From a virus (lineage: Duplodnaviria > Caudoviricetes): a DNA stretch of 64,000 bases. The stretch lies in the IMG/VR virus record IMGVR_UViG_3300046710_000261, positions 32,001-96,000 of that record; one strand, 5' to 3'. The notes beneath the pieces were generated by a model. That model saw only the letters and a list, made by a program, of their open reading frames with translations, did not search any database and was not told the DNA's origin. The position numbers were made by a program, and so were the translations under genes. Positions 1-10,321 of this stretch are shown in pieces. Each line of letters begins with the position of its first letter. Position 1 is the stretch's first letter.

Positions 1-15
1 ATCCCCTATATTATT

Positions 16-44
16 ATTATACCATAATCATAATTGATTGTAAA
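16..44 (-). promoter_or_regulatory. sigma70-type promoter (TTTACA-17-TATAAT, TG extended -10)
   Basis: Reverse complement reads TTTACA-N17-TATAAT, followed by a GGGGA SD for a gene off the left edge. Confidence 0.7.
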
Positions 45-305
45 TGTAGGTGGGAAAACAAAAAGGATAATGAAAAGGGGCCACTGGCTACTCTTTTTAT
101 AAAGAATTGTATTTATCGAGGGGTATGGAGTATTTTTCTATAACTCCATCAGATTTATATGGGATAATCCTGCTTATCAATTTATCTATATGAGACATAG
201 ATAATTTTTGATAAACATACCATAAAGAAACAATCAGAATGGATATTGTTATTTGGCCGAGAATTATTTTGTAGAAAGTTTCTTGTACTTGTTTCATATT
301 ATTTA

Positions 306-380
306 TGGAGCATCCAACGGGAATTGAACCCATATCTTATCCTTACCAAAGATAAATTCTGCCGATTGAACTATGGATGC
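306..380 (-). tRNA. tRNA-Thr(GGT), CCA encoded
   Basis: Cloverleaf: acceptor GCATCCA/TGGATGC, D arm GTTC..GAAT, anticodon loop TT-GGT-AA, T loop TTCAATT, ends T-CCA; C2-G71 Thr identity pair. Confidence 0.9.
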
Positions 381-830
381 TTATCTTATTCTTCTTTTGT
401 TGGCCCTGGATTTCTTTTTTCTACCAAATGAGATATATCTCTCCATATCTCATTGCCCAAAAAACAAAATGCCCAGGGCAAACACCAAATCGGTAAAGTG
501 ATCATTAAGAAAAGTTTCTTATATAATAACTTCCGCATTCTCTTTCTTACATATTTATTGAATATCTCTTTTTTATATTCATCTGATGTTGGTATACCCA
601 AAATAGCTGTCATACATTTTCCTTTCTTTGTTGCAACGTTTTGTCTTTGGTTGTTCTGTATATTACCTTCAACACATCGTCTGAATTTTCCCAAGTAAGA
701 TAATTATAATGACAGGCAGGGCAATCAACGGGTCCTGGCATTTCTTTTTCGAATTCAAATTTACATTTTTGACATTGGTATTTTGATTTTGGTATTTTTT
801 TTATCAATTTGTATATTCCTATTTATGACC

Positions 831-1127
831 TTATTCTATTTTCCATATGCTTTCGGGCAACTTCAGCCCCGTTATACCCTTCAATAAATCTTCAATGGAA
901 GTTTTTGTTTTGATTATTTCTTCATATTTTTCATCGTTAAGACATAATCGAAATTCCGTGTCTGTAATATTATTGAGGTCTTCTACCAGTATAGGATCAT
1001 TATATCTGTTGCTATTTTTCTGCAATCCTACAAGTGCTATTTTACCAGGATTGACTTGCGAAAGAATATGCCAACCATATCCTTTTATATCAAAACAATC
1101 TCCGCGCTTAATATTTTCCATATTCAT
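831..1127 (-). CDS. hypothetical protein with C-terminal LPESIWKIE motif
   Basis: ORF in minus-strand gene run with a GGAG SD; C-terminal motif shared with three other ORFs. Confidence 0.7.
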   Translation of the reverse strand: MNMENIKRGDCFDIKGYGWHILSQVNPGKIALVGLQKNSNRYNDPILVEDLNNITDTEFRLCLNDEKYEEIIKTKTSIEDLLKGITGLKLPESIWKIE

Positions 1128-1132
1128 TACTC

Positions 1133-1846
1133 CTATATCTTCACAAAATACCTTTCCATGGAATTAATATCGGCGAGGCCATACCAATTTGTATTAGAGT
1201 AGTGGCCTTGATAATACTTATGGAAGTGACCAAAAAACCACAGGTCGGGTCTGTATTTCTTCAAGACTTCAGATAACATATATCTACTTGGGTCTGGTAA
1301 ATGATTATCTCTTGTTACTGTGCTAAATTCCATAGGTGCCGTATGAGTTATCATAATATCAATTTTTACATCGGGTAAATTTTCTATGTCTTCATTGGTT
1401 ATTATTTCTTCGGGAAACCAACTTACCCCCTCAATTCTGTATTGCTTATCAATAGATTTTGCTCCACCGATGAACATTACATTTCTACCATCAGGCAAAG
1501 TTAAAACCGATCCTCTCTTCATCCAATAAATATTTTGCATATGCTCTTTGATACCTGCCTCAAAAAGTGTCGGTAAATCTTCGTGGTTGCCCTCACACCA
1601 ATAGATTTTTATGTTCTGGTTGTTTATACCATACTGATCCCATAATCTTTTCCCTCCGCTGGCCCCTGTTCTTATCTGACCTTGAAGTTTAGGCCAGAAA
1701 CCAAAATCGCCCACTTGGAGAACAATATCATATTCGTCTTTCTCATAAAAGACTTCATGCTCTTCTCTATAAGTATGAAGTTTACGGAGAAAGTAATTTA
1801 ATACTGAAAAGTATCCGTGCACATCGCCGAGTATATAGATAGTCAT
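1133..1846 (-). CDS. calcineurin-like metallophosphoesterase
   Basis: GDVHG, VGDFG, GNHE, TH and GHFH motifs. Confidence 0.9.
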   Translation of the reverse strand: MTIYILGDVHGYFSVLNYFLRKLHTYREEHEVFYEKDEYDIVLQVGDFGFWPKLQGQIRTGASGGKRLWDQYGINNQNIKIYWCEGNHEDLPTLFEAGIKEHMQNIYWMKRGSVLTLPDGRNVMFIGGAKSIDKQYRIEGVSWFPEEIITNEDIENLPDVKIDIMITHTAPMEFSTVTRDNHLPDPSRYMLSEVLKKYRPDLWFFGHFHKYYQGHYSNTNWYGLADINSMERYFVKI

Positions 1847-2028
1847 TCTATTCTAAGTATCTCCTTTGGTAAAAAAATAAATTCATTTGTATAAAAAGGA
1901 CACGATCTTCCTTCAAAACAATAACGTTCTCCAGGAAAATCAGAACTGATATTTCCTTGATCATTCTTACAATACCAAACCCTGTTATCCCTTGTGCCTT
2001 TAAATTTTATATAGATACAATCATTCAT
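1843..2028 (-). CDS. small Cys-rich protein (paralog of 2025..2237)
   Basis: DCIxIKFK..WYCK..C..CPFY..PKExLxIE pattern shared with its neighbour. Confidence 0.7.
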   Translation of the reverse strand: MNDCIYIKFKGTRDNRVWYCKNDQGNISSDFPGERYCFEGRSCPFYTNEFIFLPKEILRIE

Positions 2029-2237
2029 TCTATTATAAGCATTTCCTTTGGAATTATAGTTTCTGATTCTGATTTATAAAACGGGCATCTTCTTGAGTCT
2101 CTATCCCAACTATCACAAAACTTTTCTCCCTTCTTTTCGCGGCTGCTCTGAACCCCTCCTATTTTACAATACCAAATATTTGGTTCTATAACGTTCTTAA
2201 ATTTTATATGAATACAATCTTTCATTTCTTTCTCCAT
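2025..2237 (-). CDS. small Cys-rich protein (paralog of 1843..2028)
   Basis: Same Cys pattern and C-terminal motif; apparent tandem duplication. Confidence 0.7.
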   Translation of the reverse strand: MEKEMKDCIHIKFKNVIEPNIWYCKIGGVQSSREKKGEKFCDSWDRDSRRCPFYKSESETIIPKEMLIIE

Positions 2238-3274
2238 ACTCCAGGGTAAAGATAGTAATGATATATCAGCCCGATGATAAGACCAAGTAGTATTCCAGCA
2301 TATAAGATTTCCTTGATGCTAAATCCTTTTGTTGGTATAAAGCAACCCATAATCGTGCCGAAAATAATACCGATAATAAAAAGAATAAGACGATGCTTAT
2401 TGTTTTTCATTTTTCCTCTTTTCAATTGTTATAAAGATAACAGCAATAGTTATTGAAGAAACAATGATTATGGTCCACCATGGCTTAGACATGAATGCGA
2501 CACCATAATATACTTCTATTATATAATCAATAATCGCCCCCAAACAGCCAATGAATAAAAATTGCTTCCAGGATATCATAGCAATTCCTCAATTCGGTCT
2601 TCGTATTCTCTCAAGTTGACAATGAAATCTTCTCCATCTGTTAAGTTAAGGGGTGTTATCACCCATTCCATTTTTGCGCACAAGTCAAGGATTATTCCCA
2701 TAACTTTCCAGGGAAGGTCTTCATCACGCTCATCGTTTGCATAACAAACCCCGCCATCCGAAAAGTTATTTATCGCATTGAATAGTTCTTTCTTGTGTTC
2801 ATCAAATTCAATTTCATCTGTCTCATCATATGTTTCGATCACGATCTCTTTTATTTCGTCTTCGAAATCCTCTGCCGAAAAATCTTGTGGTAATAAAACT
2901 ATATATCCTTTTGTCATTTTGATCTCCTTCTTACATATAAGTTATTGGGCCATTGAAGGGGTCGCCAATCATGAAGTGAGCAACAGTAGAAAATAAATAT
3001 CTCTTTCCTATTTCCATTGTATTCTTATGATATTCTTCAAAAGACAGCGGTTCCTCTGTGGTCCATTCCCATTTATGGTTTCCTTCAATTTTTTTGCAAT
3101 ATTGCTGGTAATAATCTTTTATCATTTCTTCGGATGGAGGCTGCCCATCGTCAAACGTGATATATTTTTCGGGATGTTTCTGTAAATTTTTTGTTGCTTT
3201 TTTCATCCCTTGCAATATTTTCCTGTCAAATGAATATTGTTCTTTGTCGAATAGCCATCTAAAAGGGTTGAACA

Positions 3275-4030
3275 TTATTTGCTCCTTCTTCTTGTTTTCT
3301 TTCCTGGTGAAATGGTCTTGAAACTCATATCATCAAATCCCTTTTCATACATCATTGATTTATCATCTATCTTTGTTATTGGAGGATTGCCTACTCCAAG
3401 CACCCCGCCGAGAAACATCGAAATTTCCTGATATGTAGTATAGGCATCCATTCTCTTGAAGAAACATATATCTTTCAGAGAAGGGTTGATAATTATTTTT
3501 GCACCATAAAATTTCGCTTTGTGTTCCAAAAGAAAAACAGGGGCATTGATATTTCGAAACAGATCAATATCAATTTTCTTTCCTGTAAAAGAGAAAAGTT
3601 TATCGACATAATATTTTTTGAAATTGCTTCCCCATTCTCCACGTTTCCTCTTATCAGGCTCAAGAAAATTTTTCAATTCTTTTTTGAGAAGGTTGATACT
3701 CAACATGCTGATTATTTCACCTGTATTGTAAACATAAAAATCTTTCGTGGTCGCTGGTGTCCCATAATTATATAGATGAACCTTTATTACTGGATACACC
3801 TTCCCGCAAAATCCCACAAGTAACGTGGTAAATTCAATATCATAATTTCCCTTCATGCTTCGTTGAGCATAACCGAATATAGGAATATCTATAAAGGCCG
3901 TCTTATATTTTTCAATCAATAACTTATTTTCTTTTTCTTCTACCAGTTGTCTATTATAGACAAGGGTTTTATCATATCCAAGTTTTTGAACGGTGTCATA
4001 ATAATCGTGAAATTTACTTATAATTCTCAT
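3275..4030 (-). CDS. conserved phage hypothetical protein (MRIISKFHDYYD...)
   Basis: Long ORF; start refined to the ATG at 4030 that overlaps the upstream stop. Confidence 0.7.
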   Translation of the reverse strand: MRIISKFHDYYDTVQKLGYDKTLVYNRQLVEEKENKLLIEKYKTAFIDIPIFGYAQRSMKGNYDIEFTTLLVGFCGKVYPVIKVHLYNYGTPATTKDFYVYNTGEIISMLSINLLKKELKNFLEPDKRKRGEWGSNFKKYYVDKLFSFTGKKIDIDLFRNINAPVFLLEHKAKFYGAKIIINPSLKDICFFKRMDAYTTYQEISMFLGGVLGVGNPPITKIDDKSMMYEKGFDDMSFKTISPGKKTRRRSK

Positions 4031-4208
4031 TTCTTCACTTCCTTTATATCCCAATGGGATGCGGTTCCTTCAATGCTTACCCATCCCATTCCATCAAATA
4101 AATCTCCTGTTACATCCTTCTCATCCAATTCCTTAATGAAACGTCTTAAATCCTTCACGATCCCCTTTCGATCTTTTGCTTTTATCTTTGCTGTGAATAG
4201 TAATGCTT

Positions 4209-4577
4209 TCATTCTGTTTCCTCTGTTATCAGTTTGGTCATAATCCATTTACATTTTTTTGCTCTCTTCAGCATATCCTTTGTGCCTTTGCTCTTTTCTA
4301 TATCATTATGAAATGCCAGGACAACACGAATATCAGTGTTTTCATCAAGCATTTGCTGATTGCGAAGGACACCAGCAGCCTTGCCATATTTTTTCCAGTT
4401 AGCAGGATACGCAAGGGGTTTTTCTGTAAATAATTCTTTGGCAATATCATCAGCCATTAGATCGGCCCCACGACAATTACCATGGACAACAATGGTGTCT
4501 TTGGGAAATTTAGATAGTGCTTCCCGAATAGTTTCCTTTGAAGTCCATTCCCTATCGCCAGTAACAAGAATTTTCAC
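4209..4577 (-). CDS. DUF2493/YspA-like SLOG-family protein
   Basis: ILVTGDR, VHGNCRGAD, AAGVLRNQQML and SKGTKDM motifs. Confidence 0.85.
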   Translation of the reverse strand: MKILVTGDREWTSKETIREALSKFPKDTIVVHGNCRGADLMADDIAKELFTEKPLAYPANWKKYGKAAGVLRNQQMLDENTDIRVVLAFHNDIEKSKGTKDMLKRAKKCKWIMTKLITEETE

Positions 4578-6027
4578 TCGTCTTCCTCTTCCTCTTCATT
4601 CTTACCAAAATATTCTTCCAGTTCCTTGTCAATTTCGGTGGTGGGTTTCCAATTCAGAATTTTTCCTGTGTCCAAGTCAATATCCAATTCAACATCATCC
4701 CCCCCGCCGAGGAATTTAGGAACATATCCATCATATTCTCTATTATCCAATGACATAAAAAAACAATCAGAACAATGCGCTTGAATTTTCAATACTCTCA
4801 TTTATTTTCCTTTTCCTGCTCTTCTTTTTTCGTACATCCTTCATCTGGCTTTGGAAGATATGGTGAGCAGCCACATTCAGGGCATTCACCATCATTATCT
4901 GTAGTTCCTTCCCATCCACAATGACATGTAATTGGAAATTTAAGATGTGGAGCCATTTATTTCTTTTCCCTCTCCATCTCTTCCGCTGCCGTGCTATACC
5001 ATTTATCAAAACAGGCCATGCACATCAGCACTTTTATTTTTGTGTTGCCGATGAACCTTATTCTTGACTGTCCCAGCCCTTTGCCTTTTTCATAATTCCC
5101 TGTAACGGGATTTTTTCCCCATTGTCTCTGTTCTTCAATCATCGTTTTTGTAATGTAGATAGCGGGGCCGTCTTTTATGCTTATCCCGCAATGGATACAC
5201 TCATTTTTTGTTATAGTCCAGAAACCCATTTTTATTCCTCCCTTCTTACTTCATCATGGCCAATTTCAAAAACCTTTTCGCAGAAGAAACAAATATAAAA
5301 TGCTGGCATTCGTAACCTACTTGCCCAATGGGTCAATAAATGAACAAGCTTGCTGCAATTTTTACATAATGATTTTTCTGTTTTCTGTATTACATAATTG
5401 GAGTTCATTTATCTGTTGCTCCCTCCCATATAGTTTTGCCATACAGTTTTATTTTCCATATCCATGTTATGGACACAAGACAGGCAATAAAAATCTTTTT
5501 TCTCATCCCAAACAAAAGCGTCCAGAATATCGCCGATGGGAATTGTTTCGCCGCAACCAGAGCATTTATGTTCCTCTTTGCTGTAACAAATTGTGTCGGA
5601 AATCATTTTTTCCTCTTTTCTTTTACCCAATTTTCAAAGTCTTCAATTCTTTCATCATCTTCTTGAAAATATTCCAACACCATATCCAAAAATTCTGTGG
5701 TTTCGGCATCGGCTTCCTTTTTCCAATCATCCTCTCTACCGTAACTCATTTTTTCCCCTTTCTCAATCTCTATATGGGTCAAGTCTTTTTGCAATCCAAA
5801 AAGCATCCTTTGGGTTTGCCTTCAATTTGAGGGTTTCGGATTCGCCGAAACAGCTTATTTTGATTTCACCCAATTTCTCTTCACCAACAGCCACTTGAAA
5901 AAATCCTGCTGAAGTTGGAGCAAATCCCGCATGACCAATTCCTCTCGCCACATCCTTGTGAGAAAGAACGGGGTCAAAGATAACAGCATTGGTTTCGTTG
6001 AACATAACATACTTCATAAACTCCATT

Positions 6028-7281
6028 TTATTCTTCTCCCATTTTATCTTTCATATTATGGATAGGGATTATTCTATCAAGTATCTTCGCAGTAGGTTCA
6101 ATCGCCACTTCAATAATTTTCGCATCCTTATACGCATCAGGACATTCATCCAAAGTTCCTTGTCCTACAGAAGTTGAAAAAATCCCTTGCATATCAGACT
6201 TGAATTTGTTCAAATCCAATTCCCTTTTCGCTCTTGATCTTGAAAAAAGTCTTCCCGCCCCATGAGGCGCAGAAAAATTCCATTCAGGATTTGACTTTCC
6301 TTCACAAATCAAAAGTCCATCCCTCATATTGAAGGGGAGAATAAAAAATTCCCCTCTGTAAGAGCGAACAGAACCTTTTCTGATAATTTTGTCTTGAGGG
6401 TCAATATAATTATGAATGGTCTCAATTATCTGAAATTTTTTCAGGAAACCAGGAAGTAAGTTCAAAATCTCTTTCATGATATATTCTCTATTTACTTTCG
6501 CATATTGTTGCGCAAAATACATATCATCCAAATATCCTTCCACATTTTCCCCTTCAAGATATTCCAATCCCGTAACCTTTTTGTCAATCTGTAAAGATTT
6601 TTTCAAATCGTAAATTCTTTTTCCAATTTCCGATCCGTTTTTCGCGGTTCTTTTGATTTCTTCAACCCCCGCATCCAATAAAACTTTTCTGGATTTTCCA
6701 TCCCTTCCCGCCGCAACTTTCTGCCAGTATTCGCAAACCTTATACCCAAAATTCCGTGATCCAGTATGGATAGTCAACCAAAGGTCTTCATTGAAATCTG
6801 ATCTTCCGATTTCAATGAAGTGGTTCCCCCCTCCCAAACTTCCGATAGAATTTATCGCATAGGTCAAATCAATTCCAATCTTTTTGCAAGTCTGCTCAAA
6901 CCATTCATAGGAATATCCATCTTTCCATACAAAATCCTTCTTCATATGGATTATTCCCCTTTGATGAACATTCATTCCGAAAGGTACTTTTTGTCTGATA
7001 GAATTATCCAATTCAGGAAAATTGATTTCAACCTTTCCGATATTCGCAGACAACATTCCACACCCAATATCGACACCTACGATTGAAGGAATAATTTTCT
7101 CGCTTGATTTCATGGTGAAACCAATACAAGAGCCTTTTCCAGAATGACAATCGGGCATGATTTTTACGGGGTTCGTAAAAGCACAATGGTTTATCATAGA
7201 AATAATTTGAGCAATACATTCAGGCTCTACATGGTCAATCATTATGTCAGCATTCGTGTATTTTCCATTCAAAGTTATCAT
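6028..7281 (-). CDS. rtcB: RtcB-family RNA 3'-phosphate/5'-OH ligase
   Basis: MPDCH, VGVDIGCGM, GSLGGGNHFIE, HTGSR, HNY, PHGAGR and DECPDAYK motifs. Confidence 0.95.
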   Translation of the reverse strand: MITLNGKYTNADIMIDHVEPECIAQIISMINHCAFTNPVKIMPDCHSGKGSCIGFTMKSSEKIIPSIVGVDIGCGMLSANIGKVEINFPELDNSIRQKVPFGMNVHQRGIIHMKKDFVWKDGYSYEWFEQTCKKIGIDLTYAINSIGSLGGGNHFIEIGRSDFNEDLWLTIHTGSRNFGYKVCEYWQKVAAGRDGKSRKVLLDAGVEEIKRTAKNGSEIGKRIYDLKKSLQIDKKVTGLEYLEGENVEGYLDDMYFAQQYAKVNREYIMKEILNLLPGFLKKFQIIETIHNYIDPQDKIIRKGSVRSYRGEFFILPFNMRDGLLICEGKSNPEWNFSAPHGAGRLFSRSRAKRELDLNKFKSDMQGIFSTSVGQGTLDECPDAYKDAKIIEVAIEPTAKILDRIIPIHNMKDKMGEE

Positions 7282-7282
7282 T

Positions 7283-7705
7283 TCAATATTCTCCTGATGT
7301 TTTCATTCTATGACAATTCGCACAAAGTAAATCGCATTTTTCTGCTTCTTCCAAAATATCTTTCCATCCATATCTCATAAAAGCCGTCAGTCCCAACCAA
7401 AATTTTCTTTCCCCTCTGATATGATGGAAATCAAAAATAGAGGCATTTTTTCCATCGTATTTTATTTTACATTCGGGATTTGAGCATTGTCCACCTTTCA
7501 ATAAAATCAATTCTACTCTTTTTTTATAACCATGTCGTTTTTTGGCTTTTTGTCTTGCTTCTCTGTTTCTATGGTTCCATTCTCTTTTGTATTGCCCAGG
7601 ATCGGAATATTTTCTGCCATTATGCCCGCTTATGTAGAAATGAGGTCTTCCATATTTGTCTGTTTCCTCAATTTCTTTTCCACAACCACAGGCGCAAAAA
7701 ATCAT
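7283..7705 (-). CDS. free-standing HNH (homing-type) endonuclease
   Basis: N-terminal CACGCG zinc motif, FDFHH and LLCANCH; start refined to MIFCACGC. Confidence 0.8.
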   Translation of the reverse strand: MIFCACGCGKEIEETDKYGRPHFYISGHNGRKYSDPGQYKREWNHRNREARQKAKKRHGYKKRVELILLKGGQCSNPECKIKYDGKNASIFDFHHIRGERKFWLGLTAFMRYGWKDILEEAEKCDLLCANCHRMKTSGEY

Positions 7706-7856
7706 ATTTTCCTTCTTACAAATTTTACTTCGCTCCCAATTTTCCTGCACCAATCTTTTATCGTCCTATAATTGGCATTTGAAAAGAAGCAATCCCGAAA
7801 TTGTGAAAAGGTTCCTTCAAATGTATTCCCATTATCAATTATGATTATTACCCTTT

Positions 7857-8027
7857 TCATCCAGTTTCCTTTTCTTTCTCAAGATAGTCTTTGTGATAAT
7901 CAATCGCAGGGTCTTCTTTTTCAACGGTAGCACAATTACATTTTTCACACCAAGGATTTTGACATTCCCCACAGCAAGGGCATAATTCATATTCACACAC
8001 ACTACAATATTGCTTTTCGTTTTCCAT
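7857..8027 (-). CDS. 56-aa Cys-rich mini-protein (not in ORF track)
   Basis: Manual translation MENEKQYCSVCEYELCPCCGECQNPWCEKCNCATVEKED...; preceded by the AGAAAGTGAGGG leader/SD. Confidence 0.7.
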   Translation of the reverse strand: MENEKQYCSVCEYELCPCCGECQNPWCEKCNCATVEKEDPAIDYHKDYLEKEKETG

Positions 8028-8353
8028 ATTCCCTCACTTTCTTACCACGATACGTTAATGAGATATTCCCCCTCATCAAGAATGCCCATGTTCACTAATT
8101 CGGTTAGAATATGAGAGGCCAGATAACGTCCCTTTCCTGTTAGTTTCCATTCATCAAATTCTTTTCTTCCCCACGTATCAAGAGGCTCTTTTTTGATATT
8201 AAAAGTATGACTTGAATCATTACCACATTCTACATCGGCAACAAATTCATAATCATTTCGGCCAAAATGCTTTTCTACCAATTCTTCAAATTCATAATAA
8301 TCCATTTCAATAAAAACCGTTTTTTTCACCCTATTCCCTCACTTTCTTATTAT

Positions 8354-8424
8354 ATTATACCATAAAAAACATATGCTTGTCAATGTTTATTTTCATTGAC
8401 AAGCATAATGAAATCAAGGGGTTA
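8354..8424 (-). promoter_or_regulatory. sigma70 promoter with upstream IHF-like box and inverted repeat over -35
   Basis: TTGACA(8378-8383)-18-TATAAT(8354-8359); AATCAAGGGGTTA at 8412-8424 matches WATCAANNNNTTR. Confidence 0.8.
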
Positions 8425-9010
8425 TAAGATTTTTTAGGGGTTCCTGGCGATTTTTAACTTTTCCTCCATCATTTCTACCGCCCCATCATACCATTTTTGT
8501 GCTCCAGGATGGGATTTACAGACAAGAGTACCATTAAAATATACCCATTGATCAAATTCGGCTCTTGTCCATACCTTTCCACAAATGAAGCAAGGAATGA
8601 CTTTTTCTTTGGTGGGGTCAAACCTGTTGTCTTCGTTCATTTTTTTACCTTCTTCTCTTCCATCGGTGTTCCTTCGAAAGTAATTCTGCCCTCTTTGATG
8701 CGATAATATGCTGGGCAAGTTTCCCGATTAGAGTGTCTGCTACAATACGCATTGCATCTTACTGACGCGGAGCATCTTTCCTGCTCGATCAAATCCTGTG
8801 GTCGGATTTTCTTCGCTCGGCGTTTCTCTTCTCTTTCTTCTCTTTCTTCAAAGTCCATTTTTTCCTCTCTTTCAATCGTCATTTTCTAAATCACCATATT
8901 TTATTGCTCTGATTATTTTTTTGATTGTTACTGATAAGATTATATATACAGCAACGATCAAAGCAAAAAATATAGTATCTGAATCTGTCCAAATTGGTGT
9001 CATTTTATTC

Positions 9011-10321
9011 CTAAAAATAAAGTCTCGCTCTCAATCCGTAAATATCAATCGGTCCCCGCGCGTGGTTACTGGTGGGGTTGACGATGCGCTGGTAGTCGGG
9101 TGTCAGTTGAAAATATTTTCCCATCTGTATTCGATAATATGTCTCATAAACCATTTCATAAAGAGGGTCAAGTCTTCCATCACCAATCAGCATTCCGATC
9201 CCGCCTTTGTCAAGGTATTCTCTATGAATGTCTGAAATTCCATTGACGGCATAAGCGAAACCAAAATAGTCTTTGGGTCTGTTCCAATGAATACCATTAA
9301 GTTGAAATCCCATACTGAAATGTCTATCAACTTCAGCATATGACCATGTTGAAACCTGGCCTTTCTGCCAACCCAATCGCATGAAGGCACCCGTTTCGCC
9401 CTTATCTGCTAACTGTTGCTCAAAGTTTACTGTTGCTCCATAGGTGCTTCTTCCAGGCTGTTCATTCGCGTGAATACTTGGAATTGTATTGGTAGCAGAG
9501 GCGATATTCATTGCATCCTGATACGTTCCCATCCTTCCCTGATTATGATAGAACAAAACCTTTACGGTTCCTGTTTTATATGGTTTGTAGCCGATCTCAA
9601 GATTGTCTCCCCGCGCTCTGTAAACATCAGTGTCCATATTGTAGCCATTGGCAGTTGTCGGTTCCATAAAACTGCCGAAAACTATTCTCCACTTTTCCAG
9701 AACATAGGCAATAGAAACCCCATAACTATATCCCCTTGTGTCAGAAGCATAATCCCATGCGGGGTTGAAAATAAAAGAGTAATTCAGAAATTGGGTTTTC
9801 GTGTTATTTGCGTATCTATTCCAATCCATATCATCGGTCGCTGCAAATTTTCCGAATTTTATATCAACCCTTTCTTTTGCTTCGCGGCCCGGGAGTTGGC
9901 CAATTCCCCTTTCGACTTTTATTGTTTCATTTGATAGAGGAATTGAATATCGTAAATATAATCTGGCAACATAGGGGTCGTCACTAAGTCCTGCCTGTCC
10001 TGCCCTGATAACATCACCATTGGAATACCCACCCAAACCATATCCGTTGCTTACACCCGCTCCCCGAAACATTTCAACGTCCCAATAAGCCTGTAGGTTC
10101 TTTGTTACTTGACTGCCAAGATAAAGGCCATAGGTGTGAGTTATTTTTTGGTCAGGAACAAAACTCTTCTCTCCCTGATATGGATTTTTGAATGAGGGAA
10201 CAGACTGGTATATTCCCGTTGCCTGTGCACCCAAAAGTTGTGGTGTCCAGTCTGGTTTCTTTTCCTCTCCATAAACGGAGATAGGAAATAATATCAGCAG
10301 AAGAAATAATATTTTAGGCAT
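9011..10321 (-). CDS. OprB/carbohydrate-selective (MnoP-like) outer-membrane porin
   Basis: Signal peptide MPKILFLLLILFPISVYG, ARLYLR, AWDYASDTRGY, ETYY, LTPDYQRIVNP, terminal aromatic RLYF beta-signal. Confidence 0.85.
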   Translation of the reverse strand: MPKILFLLLILFPISVYGEEKKPDWTPQLLGAQATGIYQSVPSFKNPYQGEKSFVPDQKITHTYGLYLGSQVTKNLQAYWDVEMFRGAGVSNGYGLGGYSNGDVIRAGQAGLSDDPYVARLYLRYSIPLSNETIKVERGIGQLPGREAKERVDIKFGKFAATDDMDWNRYANNTKTQFLNYSFIFNPAWDYASDTRGYSYGVSIAYVLEKWRIVFGSFMEPTTANGYNMDTDVYRARGDNLEIGYKPYKTGTVKVLFYHNQGRMGTYQDAMNIASATNTIPSIHANEQPGRSTYGATVNFEQQLADKGETGAFMRLGWQKGQVSTWSYAEVDRHFSMGFQLNGIHWNRPKDYFGFAYAVNGISDIHREYLDKGGIGMLIGDGRLDPLYEMVYETYYRIQMGKYFQLTPDYQRIVNPTSNHARGPIDIYGLRARLYF

